DNA of 64,000 nt from assembly GCA_004764695.1 (NCBI GenBank), contig SMSO01000025.1, positions 5,000,862-5,064,861 on the forward strand. The letters are read 5' to 3'. Origin of the DNA: Schizochytrium sp. TIO01. Lineage: Eukaryota; Protista; Bigyra: Labyrinthulomycetes. The notes under the pieces were generated by a model, which did no database searches, had not been told where the DNA came from, and saw nothing but the letters and a program-made list of their open reading frames with translations. This document shows, in pieces, positions 57,920-64,000 of the stretch; the stretch's first letter is position 1; every line of letters begins with the position of its first letter. Position numbers and translations under genes: made by a program.

Positions 57920-58187
57920 TAACTCAACACTCTCTTTCCAATACCACAACCCTAGGGACGTTATCCGAAGGTCCCTTCCACGAGCCTCCTGTAGGCACTG
58001 CAGCTTCCCAAAATACGGCAGAGTTATACGAGACATTCTGCTTTAGTCTCCTCCAGGGGGCGTCCCATGTTCCCACAGCAGAACCCCGGTGATTGACCCG
58101 TACCAATTCTTCTAGGGTCGTCCGTGAGGGAACAGGAGAAGGAGAACGCCTAAGCCTTTCATGCCGAGTCCTAAGCGTTGAAAGTTA
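57920..58187 (-). ncRNA. Candidate ~270-nt structured RNA of unknown family
   Basis: GC-richer island between AT-rich flanks. Paired termini and at least six internal helices, several needing G-U pairs valid only on the minus strand. Confidence 0.45.
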
Positions 58188-60880
58188 CATATACACCTAC
58201 CTATCTGAGCATCAATTGTTTTTTAAAATTAAAATGATTATATTTATTTGTATTTCTGAAAATAAAATGTATCGAAGTACCTTCAACTATCTCTGTTGAA
58301 GGCGCAAGCTGAGGTCCCTTCAGCGCACAGGCCGAGGCTCGCAAGAGCCTTTTGCATTCGGCTTCTCGCGTTCGGACTCGCAAATAAACAACCAAACAAC
58401 CAAACACAGAACCAAACAAACTTGCGAGATTCAATTTTCAAGATTCAAGATTCGAGCGAGCAAGATTCGAGCACGCCATCTTGAAAAGGAGGGAGCGCCG
58501 CTCTCTTTTCTGAAATCCGCTTAGATTCACTCAAACAACCTTGGCAATTGTACCCAATGCTCAGTGCGCTGTTGTTACCTTGGTATCTATGTTTATATGT
58601 ATGTGCGAGTGAGTGTGCGCTCCGTTCGGGATTCTCAGTCCATGCCACGATATTGTACATGTTGATTGGTTGATTGTTTGATTCATTGGTTGATTGTCCA
58701 GCATAATCTAGGACTTCACCTCCACCATCGCGAACCACCTTATCGCAGCCCTTATCCTCGACGGTCGATTTATACGCCATCGTTGATTTATCGCCTCATC
58801 GCCGCTTTTTTATCCATTGTCGCTTTCGCACCGCTTTGTGATCCACTCATAAGCCATAGCTTATGATCGCTTTGTGGTCTCAACGTATCGATCAACTTAT
58901 CGTCTTCGATCGCATTGTCATCCCATCGATTCGCCATAGTAAGCACCGGTGTCTCCTCAAACCAGGGTGCTGGCGCATGGCTGGTCGCGCCTGCTTCCAA
59001 TCCGCCCAAACCGTCATTGACAGCCTCTTCCTACCTCAAGCAAGCAAGCAAGCAAGCAAGCCTGCAAGCAAGCCCTTTCACGAGGTCCAAACCCTGTCTG
59101 CGCAGAACAAGAGGCTCATTCTCTTTCGAGGCGCCTATCTCTCAATCCACTGATCAAAGAGAGGACCCGAACAGAGACGACAACAGAGATGGAGATGGAG
59201 GTTAATACCTCTGGGGTGTCAAATGCCACAGAAGGAACGCTCGCTTTGAGGGCGGCCTAATCATCGCTGTATCGATGAACGAATGAACGCGTGAATCACT
59301 TCAATGAATGAATCCATTAACGGGAGGAGGCGGCACCAGCGGGAAGAAGGCTCTGCGCCGCTCGAGTGCAGGCGGAGGGCCGTTCCTCTGGCTGCCCCGC
59401 CTGCCCGCCTGCAGGTGAGGCGGCGCACTCTCCTCCGCCCGCTTCGAGTCGCCTGCCGCTGATTTCGCGCGCAGGCGACCATCTCGAGCGCGTCCTGGCG
59501 CTTCCAGTGATCGACACGAAGTAAGTGAGTGAGGAGGTAAGTAAATCGATGATTGAGGGAGTGAGTGAGTGAGTGAATGAACGTCGCCTTTCAAGTTCTT
59601 CTCTGCTTCTTGTTATAACCTGCTTAGGTAAATAATCGTTCATTATTTTTGGAGGATGATGATTGTTGTTATTTCATTTCTGAAGATATTCAACCAAATT
59701 GAGCTTAGTTAGTAGTGCCTAGTAGGCCAATAGCACTAGCAAAGGCGGTAATTACATTTTGGAGTCCCAAATCTGATCTCCAGAGCTCATGAGAGAGGCG
59801 GCGTCCAGGCTTGAAAACGAGGCCAGAAAGCAACCCCGGGCAGCGCCTTCCTTCTGCGCTGTAATCGCAGCAGACACGGGCTTAAGCCCGGGCTTGAGCT
59901 TGAATCCATCAATCAATCAATCATTCATTCATTCATTCATTCATTCAATCGACGGGCCAAAATCAAAGTTCGACGGATACTACAATGAGAAAGTGTGACG
60001 GATATGATGAAGTAAATTCACAAGCGGTTGAAACTTGGCGGGTCACTGCCGGATACAAGTAACCCCTGCTTTTCTGAGCAATTTGTATCAACTTCAGAGG
60101 TCTCACAAGCGCATCTTTCGGTGTCGGGTTCCTGGCACCATTTGTCTTCTTCGTGCGCGAAGTTCAAGCAAATTCTTGAAGACCGACGACTTCTTTGGCT
60201 GCCGCCGAGGCCTCAGGCTTCGTGCCTGAGCGGGGTCTCCAGCTTCGAAGTCGAGATCCCTGGGCACAGCGCGTCGCGGCCACTGCGTCTATCGGTCCTC
60301 AACCGTCGCCGGCTCCGATCTTGGCTTTCGGTCTCAAGTTCCGCTTCTTTCGGGTTGTTGCTTTGACCATGATCTGTCTGTCTGTTGTTGTCTTCCGGTG
60401 CGTTCGCTCGCTCTTCTCTCGTCAGTTGCTTGCCCCTGTACTCCGCTCATTTTAGCTCCATACAAGTTGAACATCAACCCATTCCAGAGTGGTATCGATC
60501 AAGTGCATTTGTCGCCTGCAGATTCCGTTCTACTCGTTCCGCGCCGCCGTTGGAAAAACAAAACGAACAGCCCAAACCGGAAAGAACTCTGTCTCAGAGT
60601 TATCATCGCTTCGTTGACTGCTGCCGTTGTTCTTCTTCTGCTCGCCGTTCTTCGCGCTGTTCTTCGCCGTTGACCGCCACCGGTTTCGGCCTCGGGCCAC
60701 TCCTCGAGCAGCCAGCAGCAGCAGCAGCAGCTGCAGCAGCAGCAGTTAATTTCCTCGCGGCGGCGGGCGGCTGCCAGCAGGAGACCCTGCGAGGCAGCGC
60801 GGCCTGCGTGGGGAAGCGGCTTGGGGCCTCATCTCGCGTCGGCCTCGGGCTCGCGCTCCAAATGTGAAGGACATTCAAGT

Positions 60881-61040
60881 TTCAAATTCGAATTCCAACT
60901 CAACTCAAATTCGAATTGGAATTGGAATTGGAATTTGAATTCGGGTTTGGATTCGAGGATTTGAATTCCGCAAATTCAAATTCGAGTTCCGCAAATTCAA
61001 ATTCGAATTCCGCAAATTCAAATTCGAGTTTGAATTCGAG
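60881..61040. repeat. TTCRAA/GAATTY-based quasi-palindrome plus 21-nt tandem repeat x3
   Basis: TTCAAATTC (60881) pairs with GAATTTGAA (60931). TTCCGCAAATTCAAATTCGAR occurs three times at 60966-61028. Confidence 0.85.
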
Positions 61041-62759
61041 TACTCCTTCGTCCAATCCGGCTTCGCTGGAGGGTTAGTTCTTCTCTAGCTAGAGCTAGCT
61101 TGCTTGCTTTCTCTATAAGCAGCATCTTCGAAGAGCCTTGGCTAGCTAGTTCGCCTTTCAATGAGGGTTGGGACCTGTCTTCAATGCGTTTTCCAGCGTT
61201 CGAGAGGATAGGATAGAGAGGTCCTTTTTTTTTCAAACATGGCGTTTTATGCATGATGAACGAACGAATGAATGAATGAGTGAGTGAGTGAATGAATTTA
61301 TCCACCATTGCGGTATTTAGGGAGGGAGGTAAGCGGGAGCAAAGAGCGATTGATTAATCTGGCTCGAGCTTGAAAAGCCCAAGCTGCTAAAAGAATGAAG
61401 CTTTTCATTTAGGCCTTTATTCATTTTCATTTTCTTTTCCATTCACTTTGGAAAATAGCAGAGTAATGATAAGAATTTTCAAGGGACGGGCTCTGTCTGG
61501 GCAGTGTGGGGAGAGGCGCCAGCGACTGAGGAAACAACGAGCGCCTCACCAGTCAGGCGCAGCAGAGGAGAGCTGTGTGGTCCCTCAGAGGGTTGGCACT
61601 GAGCCGCGTAGGAGGGCGAAAACGCAGTGGGCTGAGTTGATTGAGGCCGAGAGAGAATCCCACGGTTCACCCACCGAGAAGAAGTTCTCTCTGAAGCGCA
61701 AGGACCAGAGGAGAGAAACTTGCGTTCGAAACTATCTTTTCTCCCCTCTCGATCGAGTGGTCTGTGGGAGGCACAAAGCCAGTGGACCTCGGAGGAGAGT
61801 AGCGGACCAGGCCACTGAACGGCTGCGGGAAATGATGTTCAAAGAACCAGGGGGCTGGTTCCACGATTTCTTGTCACCCGCTCGAGATTCAAATCCCTGC
61901 TATTAAAAAAAAATGTTTACATACTACTATTATTTGAAATTTTGAAAAGAAAACAATAAAGAAAAAAGAAAAAAGAAGAAAGATAAAAAGACCCCGAAGG
62001 AAGCAATTGTGATATGCAGGAAGAAGGAAAAAAAGAGAAAGAACCCTTTCTTTCTAAAGTTCTTTTCAGGTGTGTTTTTTCAACCAGGTGGTTGGATATT
62101 TATTGTTATGTATTGTTGTTTGTTTTATCTGCAAGGAACGCCGGTTCTCTTCCTTCTCTGCGCTCTTTCCCTTATTTCGACCCAAAAGCTCAGCATTGGA
62201 CAGCTCAACCGGTCTACTGTAGCTCCCTCATCAAAAGCGCGCGGGCCGATACCATTATGCTTTCATTGGCTCCGCAGGCACCATTCCGAAGAAGGCCAAA
62301 CAGCCAGCGCTAGGTCCTTATTACCTGCCTATGCACTCTCGTCCATTTACTATATGTTGTTTTAAAGTTAAAATAAATATGTGTTTAGAGGCCGTTGTTT
62401 TCAACAGTACTTTTATGTAAAGTAATAAAAAGAAAAAAGTAAGTTTTTAGTTTGTTTTGTACACATACATACATACATACATACATGTACGGTGGATGCT
62501 TCCATGGCAGGGAAAAAACAGAGGAGTCTCTCGTATGCATGCATATAGATATATGTATGTATAAACAGAGGAGCCCTTCGATATTCATCTTCGTTTCTAA
62601 CGCTTTTTATTTTATTTGGTTTCAAAACTAGCTAGCGGATAAGTAAATATTCATTCAAAGTAGCCTAAAAGACTAGTGAGTACCTACTAACTATCACGGG
62701 CGCCGTGAAAAGATACAGAAGGAGGAACCTTTCTTTCTGCCTTTGTCTCTCCCTCTGTG

Positions 62760-62856
<97 letters not shown>
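62760..62856. repeat. (TATC)n microsatellite
   Basis: Long perfect array. Confidence 0.95.
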
Positions 62857-63326
62857 CTGGCTCTGCCTGTGGACAGAACTGCTTGCCCAAGGCGACTGAT
62901 CTCGAGCCTCGCGCTTTCCCTCTCCGGGCACCTGTCGGCTTTTCGAGGCCCGCAGCAGAAGAAGCAGCGGCAGGAGACCAGCTCGAGGCAGTTTTGTTGT
63001 TCGAATCAAAGGCAGCAAACAAAGCAAGAGATTAGAAAGAAAGAAAGACATGAGAAAGAAAGAATGAAAGAGTGGTTGCTCCATTTAATTTTAATTTTAA
63101 TTTTTTCATTCATCCATTCACTCACTCATTATCTTCTTAGTTTTTGGCTTGATCGGGGAGACGGTGGTTTTTACGCTGCGGCAAAGAAACCAACAAACTG
63201 AAAGGAAGGTGGCGAATGCAAATGTTTGTTTTCGTTCGTTCATAGAGAAAGAGAAATGAAAGAAAGCAGAATAAACTCATTCTTCCAGCGCAACGAAGGC
63301 GGAGCAAACGCGATATAATAATACTA

Positions 63327-63369
63327 AATGAATGAATGAATGAATGAATGAATGAATGAATGAATGAAT
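63327..63369. repeat. (AATG)n microsatellite
   Basis: Direct inspection. Confidence 0.9.
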
Positions 63370-64000
63370 TAGAGTAGAACCAAGAGGAAGATGCCTCATG
63401 AAACGAGGACAGCGCCGCAAATAAGCAGTCGAAGCTTCACTACCGAAGAAACGAGCTTTAGCTTTCTTGAAGCGCTCACTCACTGCCTCGGGCTCAGTGC
63501 TTTGTACCTTTCACTCGCGAAAGAGTGGACTTGAACGCAGAAGTGGAAAGGAATCCCCGCTCTTCGGAAGGTTTCGTTTGATTTAGTTCTTTTGAGTTGC
63601 AGGCTGAAGAGAAGAGAAGAAGAAGAAGGTAGAATACCACTAGGCATGCAGACTAACCAACCCAGTAACCAACTAAGTAGCTAACTAACCAACTAGCTAA
63701 CTAGCTAGCAATCCAACTAAGTAATTTTTAGTTTTAGTTTAAAAGAAGGATGAAAAAGAAAATACTTTACCTGTAAAGAGTGTAAAGAGGAAAAAGCAAG
63801 CAAGTTTAAGGCCTTTGGAGACACCATAAAAGATGAGAGGACCAGAACTTACAATAAGCAGAAAGAAAAAAGACAGAAGGAAGTGACCCTCGGCTACTAG
63901 CTAGCTAGGGGTGTGTAGAGAGGTACCTAATGTCGAGCCAGAAAAAGCCAAGATAAAGATAGTCATACTTAGCATAATCAACCAGCTAAATTAAACTAAA

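Noticed and set aside
57975-58005. GCC-TCCTGTA-GGC resembling HDV ribozyme P3/L3, and GGATAAC..TAGGG resembling a TPP riboswitch
   Set aside because: No P1/P1.1 partner or J4/2 for HDV; no CUGAGA for TPP.
58147-58160. GCCTAAGCCT as a telomerase template
   Set aside because: It is on the strand opposite to the G-U-supported fold, and the organism's telomere repeat cannot be determined from this window.

Overview
Eukaryotic nuclear DNA, intron-poor, with GT-AG introns and long microsatellite-rich intergenic tracts. The overall style suggests a labyrinthulomycete/thraustochytrid stramenopile (inference only). Protein genes in order: MATE transporter (1 intron), small helical ORF (weakly DASH Ask1-like), UDP-GlcNAc pyrophosphorylase, polyQ-PH-SAM protein, multi-IQ protein, DENR/Tma22 fused to three 49-aa repeats (1 long intron), Trm7/FTSJ1, EI24-like membrane protein, CAMK-like kinase with a presequence-like N-terminus, intronless 4814-aa HYDIN, and a signal-peptide/ankyrin/HDEL protein. 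The best unexplained signals are a ~270-nt strand-specific multi-helix RNA candidate at 57.9-58.2 kb, an H/ACA-like RNA in the DENR intron, the repeat-DENR fusion with a degenerate zinc site, and a putative ER-luminal ankyrin protein. Several intergenic stretches look like decayed coding sequence. No tRNA, rRNA, CRISPR array or intact mobile element was seen. All calls are by eye; no searches or folding programs were run.
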